Shown here piece after piece: positions 15,325 through 28,004 of a stretch of DNA of 64,000 bases. The stretch is from Octopus bimaculoides (lineage: Eukaryota). The notes below the pieces were generated by a model, which was not told the origin of the DNA, did not search any database, and saw only the letters and a program-made list of their open reading frames with translations. Every line of letters begins with the position of its first letter. The first letter of the stretch is position 1. Position numbers and translations under genes: made by a program. The stretch covers positions 11,753,742 through 11,817,741 of the forward strand of contig NC_068990.1 of NCBI RefSeq assembly GCF_001194135.2. Direction: 5' to 3'.

Positions 15325-15520
15325 TCATTAGCGTGCCAGGAAAAATGCTTGGCAGCATTTTGTTCGTCTTTCGGTTCTGAGTCCAAATTCTTCCAAGACC
15401 TGCTTTGCCTTTCATCCTTTCTGGGTCAATGTATTAAGTACCAGTTGAACACTGGGGGTGCTGTAATTGACTTGCCCCTCTTCCACAAACCTACTGGCTT
15501 TGTGCCAAAATTTGTACCAA
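15325..15520 (+). mobile_element. SINE family B, inverted relative to the 14985 copy
   Basis: GACAGATTCATTAGCGTGCCAGG...CTGAGTCCAAATTC...TTAAGTACCAGTTG. Confidence 0.8.
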
Positions 15521-15654
15521 AACTACTACAACTATCACTACTACTACTACCACCACTGTTGCTGTTGCTGCTGCTGCTGCTGCTTCCACTACTATTGCTA
15601 CTACTACTACTACTACTATGCTAGTGCATGCTAATTTACTTAGCAGGTATTCTA

Positions 15655-15730
15655 TCATGAGGTTTGGTGACAACAAGTCTCCTCAAATGTCAAGAATCTT
15701 TCTTCGCATTCCTGCAGAATATAGGATGGT
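15655..15730 (-). mobile_element. R4/Dong-like LINE, extreme 3' tip
   Basis: Minus strand TILYSAGMRRKILDI*, resembling the C-terminus (KTVILYSTR) of the neighbouring fragment; starts at the edge of the (TAA)n array. Confidence 0.45.
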
Positions 15731-15735
15731 ATATT

Positions 15736-15887
15736 TTTATTATTTTTATTATCATTATTATTATTATTATTATTATTATTGTTATTATTGTTATTATTTT
15801 TATTACCATTATTATCATTATTATTATTATTATGATGATGATGATTATTGTTATTATTATTATTGTTATTATTATTATTATTATTAT
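15736..15887. repeat. (ATT)n/(TAA)n array
   Basis: Visible; forms the 3' tail of the LINE fragment at 15888. Confidence 0.95.
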
Positions 15888-16700
15888 CACAGCAATTATG
15901 TCAACGGTGTCCTGTTTGATGTTCTACTCATATCGAATCTCAATACATCTCAAACAGCCCTTGTTGAATAGAGGATGACAGTTTTGCGTAACTCCGCTGT
16001 CAGAGTCTCAATACCAGCATCTCCCATTCTCTTCACTGACTGTTTTGATGTTGTTTCTAGCAATCCCATGACAACATGGATGAATTTCCCTCTCAAGTCT
16101 CACTGTTTCCTCACTTCTCTACTGCTCAAGCTGAAATGCTTCTAAATGTTTTCTGTTGCTTTAACTTCTTTATATTTTGCTATCATATTGTATATTAAAA
16201 TCTATGATCTTATTTTGTTTCTTCTTTTATATCTCTGTTATCATAAGTATTGTCTCTGTGTCTCTGATACTTTATTAATTTGCATTACTAAACCCCATTA
16301 GATCATATATTTTCACAAGCAGCTTCTAACTTATGATCGTATCGTTTTTTCACCTGCTTTGAATCCAAATTTCCTACTAATCTCCCTTTAGAATATCTTT
16401 TACCAAATTCTCATGTCTTCTTTTGCATTTATTTTATGTCATCTCCCTCCATTTACACACTAAAATTATAACTTTCCTCTACTTTAAACACACATCTGAT
16501 ATTGACTATCTTGCAGTCTTCTGCCAATTTTTATTTGAAGAAAAGTTTGGTCTAATCGTTGTTTTTGTGCAGTCATAACAGTTTGTGTTTCTCTTTCAGT
16601 TCCTTCATCATTCACCAAAGTCCATTATTCATCTTTTGCTATATTTTCTATTTGACTGATAAACTATCCATGAAACGATTTTCTTTTCAGTTTTCCATCT
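15888..16700 (-). pseudogene. Decayed R4/Dong-like LINE 3' half (zinc-knuckle region + restriction-like endonuclease)
   Basis: Manual minus-strand translation across frameshifts gives FHG*FISQIENIAKDE, ERETQTVMTAQKQ, CKRRHENLVK, ISRKFGFKAGEK, KFIHVVMGLLETTSK and LRKTVILYSTR, in the order typical of R4-clade C-termini. Confidence 0.65.
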
Positions 16701-18479
16701 TCACCTTCGTTTTTTTTTTTTGCTAATTTTTTTTTTATATATTATGCTCTCTTTACAACTTCTTTGTATGCGTGTGTGTGTGTGGCTATTGATCGTCTTC
16801 ACTGCATATCTAAGTTTATTCAATGAATATCTAAACTTCCCTCCAATTCATACATATAATTAATAATTGCACAGTCTCTGTTGCATGACTAACTCTCTGT
16901 TTTCTACCATTATTTTGTTATAGTCTACTAATACCAATTTTCTAATTTACATCTTTTTTATAGCTTAGCCAGAGGAAGAAGAACTCTATCTATGATTGTT
17001 GGGAAAGAAAAAAGAAGAAATCATGCCTCATGGGTTGATTTTAGTCCTTCAGCATTTAACCTAACCATATCCAACCTAAATATTCTATGTTCAAAATGGT
17101 CAGATCTGGACTCCAATACTTACCTTACAATGTCACTCTAAAAATATACAATCATATCAAGGAAATCTTAAAGCTACAAGATAATGCTTAATAAATTCAA
17201 AACAATATGTACTGGATCTTGCAGGACTCGATCCTAGATAGCCAAATTTAAATTAACAGTTCAACAGTACTTTTCTCACGGTAAAACAATAACTTCCCTG
17301 TAACAGTAGTTATATTTGCCAGATGCCTTAGCTAAACAAAATGTCTTCGCCACTTGACCCTTCTAACCTCTTCTATTTCACCAACAGCTAGAATACAGAT
17401 ATCACAGACCTCCAACGAAATCTATTGTTCTCAACAATATGTCTATCCTTCTGGATAGTTATAAAGACAAGAACCCCCAAGCAAAAGTCAGTTAGTGAGA
17501 ATCCAAGTTAGTGAGAGCCACCATCAGTCAGTAGACAGAGACCCACCCGAGTCATAGGCACAAGCAGGCGATGACTAGAGACCAAATGGCCAGATGGAAG
17601 AAGAATGTTACAATCAGCAACTATGAGACACAACTTCCCTTGACTATTTCACTTTCTCTAACTCACTTTCTCTTCTCTGCACATTACCATATCTCTCTCT
17701 ATGGTGTACTACTACTACAATAAGAACACACAGGCTGAAATTAACTTTTTCACCTCGCATGCTTTTCCATTTACTAGTGATACATACCAACCCGTCGTGG
17801 TTTTGGATATACACAATGTAACGTTAAATAAATATTTACTTAACAACTTTAATCACTGTTCTTTCATCTTTACATAATGGCAATCAACTAACAACAAACT
17901 ATTACAGTTGGTGATGACCTTTGACGTCAACGAAGAACCAGTCCTTACAAACTAGTGATGACTCTGAAGTTCCATACTATTGTTTACAAATTAATCCTCT
18001 ACCATTACAAATATGACTAAGTAGCGTGAAAGCAAAAGGGTTAAAACAGGGGCCTGTCCTGGATTCATCTAGAATCACTCATCTTTGGAAAATGATTAGG
18101 AGGATCTAGGGAGATGGCCAAAATGCTTTGTAATATTCTTACAATAGTTCACATTCTCAGTTCATAAGACACTAAGATCAGTTCTCACGATCTGTAACAG
18201 ACTGTGACCTTTGAAGTTCCTACTACCACATGTACAATCACTGGGAAATACTCAGACTCATCTACGACACTTCAGAAGATTATTATAACATCATTTCTAT
18301 TGTCTAATGAGGAAGTCTGAATGCAGTTTCTTGACCTTCTAGAAATAGCAGCCAAATCTCCTTCAAATCAGTCTACTGCCTTAAAAAAGGAAGTTCCCAT
18401 TGAACAATATTGTCACTGATGTATAAAACAGGATGGTCATAGATCAAACATCTTCCATCAAAAGTTGCTTTATGAATAA

Positions 18480-19470
18480 GATCTTACATGAGTTATGACA
18501 TGACAGGGTACTGTGCATAACTTGAACAGAAGCTGAAGGCTTGAGGCTTTCCAATAATCTATGTTGAGAGAGCAAAGGTGTGATGTGCTCCAAATTTTAA
18601 AGCATGTTTTTGTGTGAATCAGGGTGTTGTTGAAGAAAAGTGCATTCAGAATGAGAGCAGTCCCTTTACATTCATTGATGCGGAAAAGAATCAAACCTGG
18701 AAATTTTACAAGAGATTGCTGAATGGTTATGCATAGGGAAAAGAGGGACCCTCTGAAGTAAACCTCAATGAAGGACTAAATATTGACGTGGACAGCTGTA
18801 ATATCGAAAATATCAACAACAAAAAAAGAAGCCTATTACTCAGATGACCAATTAGATAGTTCAGTAATAAGTGAAGCATAATAATTACTGTAGCAGTATC
18901 ATCATCAGCTGTTATAGAGACAAAAGAAATGTTCTGGAAAGAAGCAATTACAGAAGTATCAATCTGATGGACCATGTTGCAGAAGAAATTTCTATTACAA
19001 CTGATCCTCATCATCATCGTCGTTTAACGTCCGCTTTCCATGCTAGCATGGGTTGGATGATTTGACTGAGGACTGGTGGACCGGGAGGCGACACCAGGCA
19101 CCAATCTGATTTGGCAGAGTTTCTACAGCTGGATGTCCTTCCTAATGCCAACCTCTCTGACGGCCTCGCTTGAAATGGTGTATTTTATGTGTCACCTGCA
19201 CAGGAGCCAGTCCATCAGCACTGGCAACGATCTCGCTCGAATGTCTTTTCACGTGCCACTGGCACAAGTGCCAGGAAGGCAACGTTAAGAGAATTAATTT
19301 GCATAAGATGCTGTTCATGTCTGTGCTTGGACAGTGTTTCACTGCTGAGTTCTGTTCTGTGAGACAACAACAAAGGAAGTTCTGCACTAAGTACAAGCAT
19401 CTATACCTAACATTCTTGATCTGAAGAAAGCTTTTCATGGGGTGTCACACAGTGCAGCTGGTTTGGTCCT
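18480..19470 (+). pseudogene. Decayed RTE-clade LINE reverse transcriptase N-terminal region, interrupted by family D
   Basis: EKCIQNESSPFTFIDAEKNQTWKFYKRLLN (about 18630-18720), NVLERSNYRSINLMDHV (about 18925-18975), VRQQQRKFCTKYKHLYLTF / DLKKAF (about 19360-19440). Confidence 0.7.
19008..19280 (-). mobile_element. Family D retroposon nested in the RTE fragment
   Basis: (CAT)n-CGTTTAACGTCCGCTTTCCATGCTAGCATGGGTTGG... plus internal ~45 bp subrepeats. Confidence 0.88.
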
Positions 19471-19589
19471 ATTTTCAGCAGCTACATTCCTTCACGAGGC
19501 AGCAGTATCTAAGTTGTGGTCAGAATAAATGTTCCAGATGAGTTTAAAATCAAATGTTCACATCTTTACAGATATTCCCTCTCGTCTCT

Positions 19590-20340
19590 CTTGTACATTT
19601 TTCTGTGTTGATGGTAGAGGAAGACAGTGTTAGTATATGCCATGAAGGTGTCAGATACAACAAAAAATCAAGGTAGTCGTCATTATTATTTTAAGAAGTA
19701 CTGATGTACAAGTTAATAACAGAAGCACATATTTACCAGATCAATTTATTGTGCTGGCTGGTTTACTGGCAGGCACCTGAAGAGGCTGGTCAGTGTTTTC
19801 AAGCATTGTGGTTTGTTAGACAATTAGCTCTCTCAAGGCACTTGTAGGCTTGTTTGATTTAGATGTCCAAGTGGATAAGAACTGCATTGAGATTACAAGT
19901 GGGGTGACTAGTTTATCCAGAATTGTGCTGGATGGAAGCTATCTGTAAATGGTCAGCCAGAAGTGATGAATACATGTATTGTCATTGCAGGTTTTTTGCA
20001 GCACGGAGAGTGGGCAACTTCCAGAAATGTTTGGCTTAGCCATCCTATATCACCATTCCAGGAAAAATTCAATATATGTCGGGTTTGTCTGAGACACACT
20101 CAGAATGACGCAATCATTTTGTACACATTCATTCAGTGTTTAAGCATTGTAGTCTTCCGATATTATGTCAAACAGTCATCCTTGCAAGTAGGATGGATGT
20201 AGCTATTACTCGAATCCATTGCAAGGATCTTTTATCATCTTCCTATGACCAAAAGCGAGCAAACCATTTACCTCTGTTTGCAATGGCAAAAGAGATTGTA
20301 TAATTGACAAAACTGAAAGGATCTAAAATAGTTATATTAC
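19590..20340 (-). pseudogene. Probable decayed Penelope-like element (RT C-terminus + GIY-YIG region)
   Basis: Heavily decayed minus-strand peptides in the expected order: TEVNGLLAF, SYIHPTCK, SWNGDIG, VAHSPCCKK, NAVLIHLDI*IKQ, HLHGIY, TQK. Motif matches are loose. Confidence 0.45.
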
Positions 20341-20557
20341 ACTTGACCAAACCCTCATCAACTTCAAGTTCTACTTCAAAAGGAAACTATTGCAAGTACT
20401 CTTCTCAACTGTATTTGCTGAAAAGTGGACATAACTGGCTAGAGTGGCCCAAGTGAATTGGGCCAGCATTCAGTAAATGTCTACAAGCTGGAAAACATAA
20501 CTGGAAGAAAGGCCCTTGACCTTGGCATTCAGAATAGTCCATAGTCTGTAGGGTTCT

Positions 20558-20974
20558 TTAATTCTTTAGCATTCAGATTATTCTACCAGATGCAATGCTG
20601 CTGATCTATTCACATTGTTTTGTATTAATCAGGGATTATCTTGTTGCTTAAAGATTTCGATAATATGATTATCTAGTTTTAGAACGACGTTATAGAGATG
20701 TGAGAGCTCTGATCTGTCCAATTTGAACGTTAAATATTTGGAATATTTTGGCTGGATATTTCTTTCTTTCTTTCTTTTATTTGTTTCAGTCATTTGACTG
20801 CGGCCATGCTGGAGCACCGCCTTTAGTCGAGGAAATCGACCCCAGGACTTATTCTTTGTAAGCCTAGTACTTATTCTATCAGTCTCTCTTGCGGAATCAC
20901 TATGTTACAGGGATGTAAACACACCAACATCAGTTGTCAAGCAATGTTGGTGTTGGGAGGACAAACACAGACAC

Positions 20975-21022
<48 letters not shown>

Positions 21023-21215
21023 GATGGGCTTCTTTAAGTTACCGTCTTTCAAATCCACTCACAAGGCTTTGGTCAGCCAGAGGCTATAGTAGAATACACT
21101 TGCCCAAGGTGTCACGCAGTGGGACCGAAACCGGAATCATGTGATTGGTAAGCAAGCTACTTACCACGCAACCACTCTTGCACCTATGTGGCCAGTTAAA
21201 ATGCTAAAGGGTTAA
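20558..21215. mobile_element. TTAA-flanked MITE (family G) split by a SINE A insertion
   Basis: Left end TTAATTCTTTAGCATT, right end AATGCTAAAGGGTTAA; the body is the reverse complement of 35841-36062. Confidence 0.65.
20761..21185 (-). mobile_element. SINE family A, full length
   Basis: Colinear with 5362-5760 and 56282-56668. Confidence 0.9.
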
Positions 21216-22463
21216 TTGTCTCTAAGGGAATGTCCCTTATTAGAACATTTTATTCTACTCCTAATTTATGTTGTTGTTTTGCATGACTCTTTCCATAATC
21301 GGTTCTTTAAAATTCATACCATTTTGTAATTTACATTGTAATATTCCCACATCATTTGCCCTGGTGGCAACTAACAGAAATCCATTATTGTTGTTGTTAC
21401 TTCTATTTTCCTTCATTCCTTCTCTTTCCTTTTCTCATTTTCTTTTCATCTTCCTTATTTTCTATTTCCTCTTTTCTTCACATATTCCATATAACAGGAA
21501 ATCAATAGAGAGAAAACTATTGGTTCCCATTTCGTATTTCAGACACAAGGCGTTAAATCTTTTAAGTAAGTATGACCCCCGCCTGCCAAACTAAATGAAT
21601 AAAGAGACAGCGCATGCATTAACTTAACAACAAGTATTTCGTTTTATATAAATATTAAACTAAGAGACACAATTCATACAGATTTTCAATATGGAAGAGA
21701 TAAGTAAATGTAAGCAGACACACAAAAGCAACTTTCAGATAAGATATTCTGTGCATCTGAATAATAGACTGCAGACTGCATATAAACATCAAACAGTCTT
21801 TGGACAAAATTTTTCTTTCTATTCATCTTTTATTTCTTGATGCTGGTGTTTTGCACATAGTCAGCCCCGATCAAATAGAGCTGTTATCAAAGGCATTCCA
21901 GCTGTGACCATCCTGTCTTTTATTCATAGAGTTTCTAAGACTTGCAGTAGCCAAAGTGTTATATATTCTTTTAATCACAGTTGGGTGTGGTTTGAAGAAT
22001 ATTTCTAACAGGTTGAGTAACCCCATAGAGACTCCTTTGTTGATTACTGCTATTGCTTGCAGGTGTGACTTGTAAATTTTATTTTACACTAGAGTTGCAA
22101 TGTTGCCAATATAATATTTTTAATGCTAAATCTAGCAATTTTCTATATTGTTTGATGTGGAATTTAAAGCATCTAGCAGGAAAAGTAGCGGTTTTTTTTC
22201 AAACACCTTTCTAAAGACTTTTAGTATTAAATATCATCATCGTTACGATTTTACATTTGTTTTCCATGTTGGCATGAGAAGAATGGTACAATAGGATCTG
22301 ATAAGTCAAAGTACAAGACCATGTTCCAACGTCTCAATTATGGCATGGTTTCTATAGCTGGATGCTCTTCCAGATGCCAATCAATTCATTAAATATTTCA
22401 GATACCTATTCTGTGACACTAGCAAAGTTGCCTTGAAACTTGTATGCCTAAAGTCACACACAC

Positions 22464-22851
22464 ACTTGTTTCAGTCAATTGCGGTCATGCTGGAGCACCG
22501 CATTTAGTCGAGCAAATCGACCCCAGGATTTATTCTTTGAAAGCCTAGTACTTATTCTATCGGTCTCTTTTGCTGAACCGCTAAGTTACAGAGACGTAAA
22601 CACACCACCATCGGTTGTCAAGCGATGTTGGGGGACAAACAGCGACACAGAAACATATACACAAACATATATGTATATATATAGATATAGATATATACGG
22701 CGGACTTCTTTCAGTTTCTGTCTACCAAATCCACTCACAAGGCTTTGGTCGGCCCGAGGCTATAGTAGAAGACACTTGCCCAAGGTGCCATGCAGTGGGA
22801 ATGAACCCGGAACCATGTGGTTGGTAAGCAAGCTACTTACCACACAGCCAC
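22464..22851 (-). mobile_element. SINE family A
   Basis: Colinear, high similarity to the other A copies. Confidence 0.9.
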
Positions 22852-24119
22852 CCCTTAATGCATAATTAATTGAAAACAAGTGGAATAAATAAACTTTGCA
22901 TTTGACAGAAAATTCTGAATACTGAAGAGTTAAGCCCTGGATCGCACATGCCAAGACCCCACAATAGCCACCCACACAGTTAATAGGCCAGTTGCTGAAG
23001 TACTTATCCTGAAATAACATTCCCCATGGTCTTACTGAGTTAAAAGCACAATAGCTATCTAAGGGAGTAAAAATTTTCATCCCACCAGTAGCCAGCATGT
23101 ACACTCGATGTATATTGGCTATCTTTGGACCATTTCAATGACTGGCACTANNNNNNNNNNNNNNNNNNNNNNNNNNNNNNNNNNNNNNNNNNNNNNNNNN
23201 NNNNNNNNNNNNNNNNNNNNNNNNNNNNNNNNNNNNNNNNNNNNNNNNNNNNNNNNNNNNNNNNNNNNNNNNNNNNNNNNNNNNNNNNNNNNNNNNNNNN
23301 NNNNNNNNNNNNNNNNNNNNNNNNNNNNNNNNNNNNNNNNNNNNNNNNNNNNNNNNNNNNNNNNNNNNNNNNNNNNNNNNNNNNNNNNNNNNNNNNNNNN
23401 NNNNNNNNNNNNNNNNNNNNNNNNNNNNNNNNNNNNNNNNNNNNNNNNNNNNNNNNNNNNNNNNNNNNNNNNNNNNNNNNNNNNNNNNNNNNNNNNNNNN
23501 NNNNNNNNNNNNNNNNNNNNNNNNNNNNNNNNNNNNNNNNNNNNNNNNNNNNNNNNNNNNNNNNNNNNNNNNNNNNNNNNNNNNNNNNNNNNNNNNNNNN
23601 NNNNNNNNNNNNNNNNNNNNNNNNNNNNNNNNNNNNNNNNNNNNNNNNNNNNNNNNNNNNNNNNNNNNNNNCCACACACTATCAAATTTCCATCATTGGT
23701 TTTTACCTTTTACAGGTGTCGCTTATATTAAGCCTGAGCATTTTGAACAGATGAGAGAGTTGTGCATATGTGGTTTTGCTTGGTTACTCAAGGCCGACAT
23801 CCATGAATACAACATGCCTTGGATCATGTGAATAAGACTCTCTCACAGCACTATTGGGTGGGCATATTTATATTCCTCTACATAAGCAGTTTATTTAATG
23901 GTTCAACCACTTTCCGTACAAGGGAGGAAAGATATGGAAATAATTTGCTTTCTAGTGCAAAAAAAGCTTTCAAGCCAAAAGCATTGATACTCGCCAGTTT
24001 CTAGTGATTCTTGTCACATGACACAATTTTTCAGTAAATTGTCACTAATTGAAGTTGAGTTTTCAACTTTTATTTATTTATTCATTTTAACAGTAACCAT
24101 TTTAAAGAAATTATAAAAA

Positions 24120-25970
24120 GAATCGCATGCTATGCCATCAGTTAGTAAATGGCTGTATGGAGTTCCTGCTGATTCATCTAAAGTATATTGCATGTTTTCT
24201 GATGTCATAGAAAACTATTTCGTAGGCAAACCATTGCCAATTAAAAAAACAGCATAAGACACTAGTTCCATTTAAAGCAATATAGTTACCAATTGTTTTT
24301 TTAAATGAAAACGAGATGAGACCTCTGTGCTTACAGCTAACACAGCAATGTATATTTGCTCTTCCTTTAATAGCTGTGGATCATTTAGTAAATTTGTGCA
24401 AAAAAATAAAATACCTAACAGTGAAACTGTTTTTAAAGTAAAGATACTTCATAGAAAATGTGAAAATAGTGTAAATAATGTACTTGCACCACACTGTGAT
24501 GAAAATTTGATTTCTGATATATAGAATGTGAAAATTCAGTCTTCTATTAAATGTATCCAATAATATCACAGTTGACAAACTTCTTGGAATGGTTATAATA
24601 TACTTCAATAACAATTACAAAAAAGCCATGCATGCATATCTTGATTTGGTATTTTAGTTTTCTGAAAGGTGTTCTGCAGATGGTGTTGTAAATGCTTTGA
24701 ATACAAACATAAATAAAAACTTAGAGGAAAAGGAATAAAAGCTGGAAAATCTATTGCTTATTGGAACTGATAATGCTAGGAGTTAAAAGTGGTATCAGTC
24801 AGAAATTAACTGTTCTACCATTACTTCTCTGTAGGTGCTTCGTTCTTTGAAATTGGCAATAACCATATATATGCTGAATGTCTGTCACTAGAAACTTAAA
24901 ATTTTTGGTAATAGAAACTTGTAAGTGGTCTTCTCACTTCTTCAGCTAGATAAGCATCTTATAAGCAGTTGTACTTTGCTATTAATGAAAAAGAACCACT
25001 AAAGATTCCAAACAGATGTGCAGCAAGATGGTTATCTACTAAAGTTGTTGTGAATAGAATTTGAATCAATGGCTAAATTCAAAATTCAAACCCACTTTAA
25101 AATGATGAGCACAGGAGGTGAGTACTTTATTAAACAACTGTTATATATGAAATTTATCTAAATGTAAGAATATGCTTTAGTTTTAGATCCTGTTTCAGAG
25201 AATGTTCAAGAAGTCTGATAATTATATTGAATAAAGAATGGTGAATAAAACAATGTTTCTCTACAAATCTTTCTCATTTACTCAAATCAATTGTAAATAT
25301 TTTAGAACTTGTAAGAAGTGGACTAAATCCCTTTGATCCTAATTCTAAACTGAAAAACTTTTCTTTAGAAAAGTTTTTCAATTTAGAATTTTGGCTTCAG
25401 TTTTGGGAGAAAAATATCAGAAATGATGTTCAAGAAAATAACAACTGATGAAGGGAGAAATATTAAGCAAAGATTGTAAAATGTTTTCTGGCATAACATC
25501 CTGTTCATACTTTTACTTTTATTCATTTCAGCCATGCTGGAGCACTACCATTCATTGAAGAGTATTTAAGAATATTAAATGCTTTTCTGGAGAAAATATT
25601 TTGAAACATATACAGGAATGTATTATTCCGTTTTTGGATTTGATGAATTTAAATAAATTTAAATACTTATAACATAGCAAGAGTTGAATTTCAATATAAT
25701 TGTATTCATTTGTTTATATGAACCAACACTACCAGTACAGAAACATTTTAGAAGAAACTTTTTTATTACAAAAATGCTAATGGAAAAAATCCCTTTAGCA
25801 ATGTTGCAGCATCTGTTGTTAATCTCTTAATATTACCTAATTCAGATGCCAAGGTAGAAAGATTATTCAGTAGCATGAATGTTATCAAAACAGAATTGAG
25901 AAATAAGAGGTAACTCCCAATGCTTGGAGCTGTTCTCTCAGTAAAATATGGCCTGAAACAATAAGATAAA
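24120..25970 (+). pseudogene. Decayed hAT-superfamily transposase
   Basis: KWLYGVPADSSKVYCMF (BED-finger-like, about 24150), FSLLLNVSNNIT (first catalytic D region, mutated), LLIGTDNA (24754-24777), PLKIPNRCAARWLS (about 25000-25038), LLILPNSDAKVERLFSSMNVIKTELRN (dimerisation domain, about 25825-25905). Many stops and frameshifts. Confidence 0.8.
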
Positions 25971-26761
25971 TGCTGCAAAGATTATTGTTTACCTGAAGCA
26001 ACACTAAATAAAATTAGTAAAGAATTGATTTCTACATTTCTTTTTAAATAAAGTAACTATTATTATTTCTTCTTATTTAGCATTTTAAAAACTTTTTTCA
26101 AACAGTCTAGCATTAAATAGTAATTTTCATTTGGCAACACGATAATTGTGTACAGAACCAGATTAATAATGTAACAAAAGTAGCCAGCTCCATTCTAAAT
26201 GCTTTATTGCTATAGTAGTATACCAGCTTCTAGTTTTATAAACAAATAAGTTTCCAGTGTTGATTCTAAACTCAGAATACTTCCAAGATCCAAAACACTT
26301 TAAAATGACAACAATAAAATGAAATTGAGAGACAATGGTAAATTAGCAACCGTATTTAATTTTTGTTGGATGTTGCTTAATTGGTTTGACATTCCATTCT
26401 GGTTTGCAACAGTTGAGTTTAACTAACACTTTTCTTGAAATTAAGATTGATGGAATGAATCAGATTATTGCTAACATACTGGAGACACCCTAATGATCTA
26501 ATGATTTATTTCATATATCAATAATAAAGATTTGTTTTAAATAATGACTTCCATTATACACACACACACACACACACGCATGTATACATGCATGCACGCA
26601 CACACACACACACATTCTAGACACTTCGGTGGCAAGCTGACAGAATCATTAGTACAGCAGGTGAAAGTCTTAGTTGCATTTCGTTCATCGTTATATTCTG
26701 AGTTCAAATTCATCATCATTATCATATGATATAAAATATATATATATGTGAATAAATAGTA

Positions 26762-26795
<34 letters not shown>

Positions 26796-26805
26796 NNNNN
26801 NNNNN

Positions 26806-26838
<33 letters not shown>

Positions 26839-27539
26839 GCATATATGGGTACAGGTTATCACCAACTGTGCAAATAGTATACACCCGAGAGATAGATACA
26901 AGACGTGGACAGTAATCACAGGACAAGAACAAGTGTGATACATAAACATCAAAAAAAAAACAAGGAAAAACAGGACAAGTTAACACAAAAAATGGACCTT
27001 TCAGATATATATATATATATAGACAGACAGACAGACAGTTACACATATGTATGCATGTCTCTACGTATGTGTCTTTAGCTTATTTTTATCGGTAGTAGAT
27101 ATAAATAAATGTCAGAAAAGAATCAAACAAAATAAAATCAGTGTTTTACAAATGTTGTCCCTTGAAATGGGCCAGACAGTCTCTTGTTATTTTTGCTATC
27201 AGCCACAAAGTAAACTAGTGATTAGCCTGTTAAGAATCTGTAGACTGCTGTTTATAAATGGTGTTGTAAAAAAAAAAGTTTATAAGAAATCAATATGAAG
27301 AATGTTGTTATATGACCTTCACTATTTAAAGCAAAACGTTTTATTTGTTGCATTTAATAAAATACAGTAATGTGATGATGCTGAGAGATTCTTTTCTAAA
27401 GCATTCTATGTTACAGAACACATCAGTTTGTCTTTACTGACCATGTTCTGCAGTTTTTCTGTATGGTTTCCATAGCATGTGAGATGAGAAGTAACAAGCC
27501 CCTTGTACAACTCTACACCATTTCTTGGAAAAATGGCGG

Positions 27540-27905
27540 TGGTGGTGGTTATGATGATGATGGGGTGAAGAGGAGGAAGGTGATGATGATGGTGGTGACG
27601 ATGGTGATGGGGATAATGATGATAACTATGCTGATGATGATGACAATAACGACAATGATGGTGATGACGATGATGATGGGGTGAAAAGGAGAAGGAGGAA
27701 GGTGATGATGACGGTGGTGATGACGATGATGTTGATGCTGACAACTATGCCGATGATGATGACAATAACAACGACAATGATGGTGATGACGATGACGACA
27801 ACGATAATAAGGATGATGATGATGACAAGAAAAACGATGACGATGATGGCAATACTGATGGTGATGATGACGGCAATGACGATCACAACGACAATGAGGA
27901 CAAGG
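27540..27905. repeat. (GAT/GAC/GGT)n triplet array with higher-order duplication
   Basis: Block GGGGTGAAnAGGAG...GAAGGTGATGATGA...AACTATGC-GATGATGATGACAATAAC occurs twice, about 115-120 bp apart. Confidence 0.85.
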
Positions 27906-28004
27906 ATGGTAGTTTCTCTTGGACCAAGAAAGACAGCTCTGCAATTTCTTGTTGAAAAACCTGCAGAAATGACTCATTAATATTAATTAAATATATGAGC
28001 TGTA

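Larger units (their letters stand above)
22098..26141 (+). mobile_element. Possible hAT DNA transposon extent, with nested insertions
   Basis: TGTTGCCAA (22101-22109) and TTGGCAACA (26131-26139) form a perfect 9 bp inverted pair bracketing a hAT transposase remnant. No 8 bp TSD found, so the pairing of these two ends is uncertain. Confidence 0.4.

Noticed and set aside
15960-16040. GVTQNC..LFN as an RT motif of a separate LINE
   Set aside because: A different frame (LRKTVILYSTR) fits the C-terminus of the R4/Dong-like element, continuous with upstream motifs.
17280-18300. Possible LINE-derived sequence
   Set aside because: Looks repeat-derived but too decayed to assign a clade or reading frame.
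25440-25480. Other CTGATGA occurrences (e.g. here, ~9386, ~42140, ~52763) as hammerheads
   Set aside because: No helix II followed by GAAA and no helix I; they lie in transposase sequence or triplet repeats.
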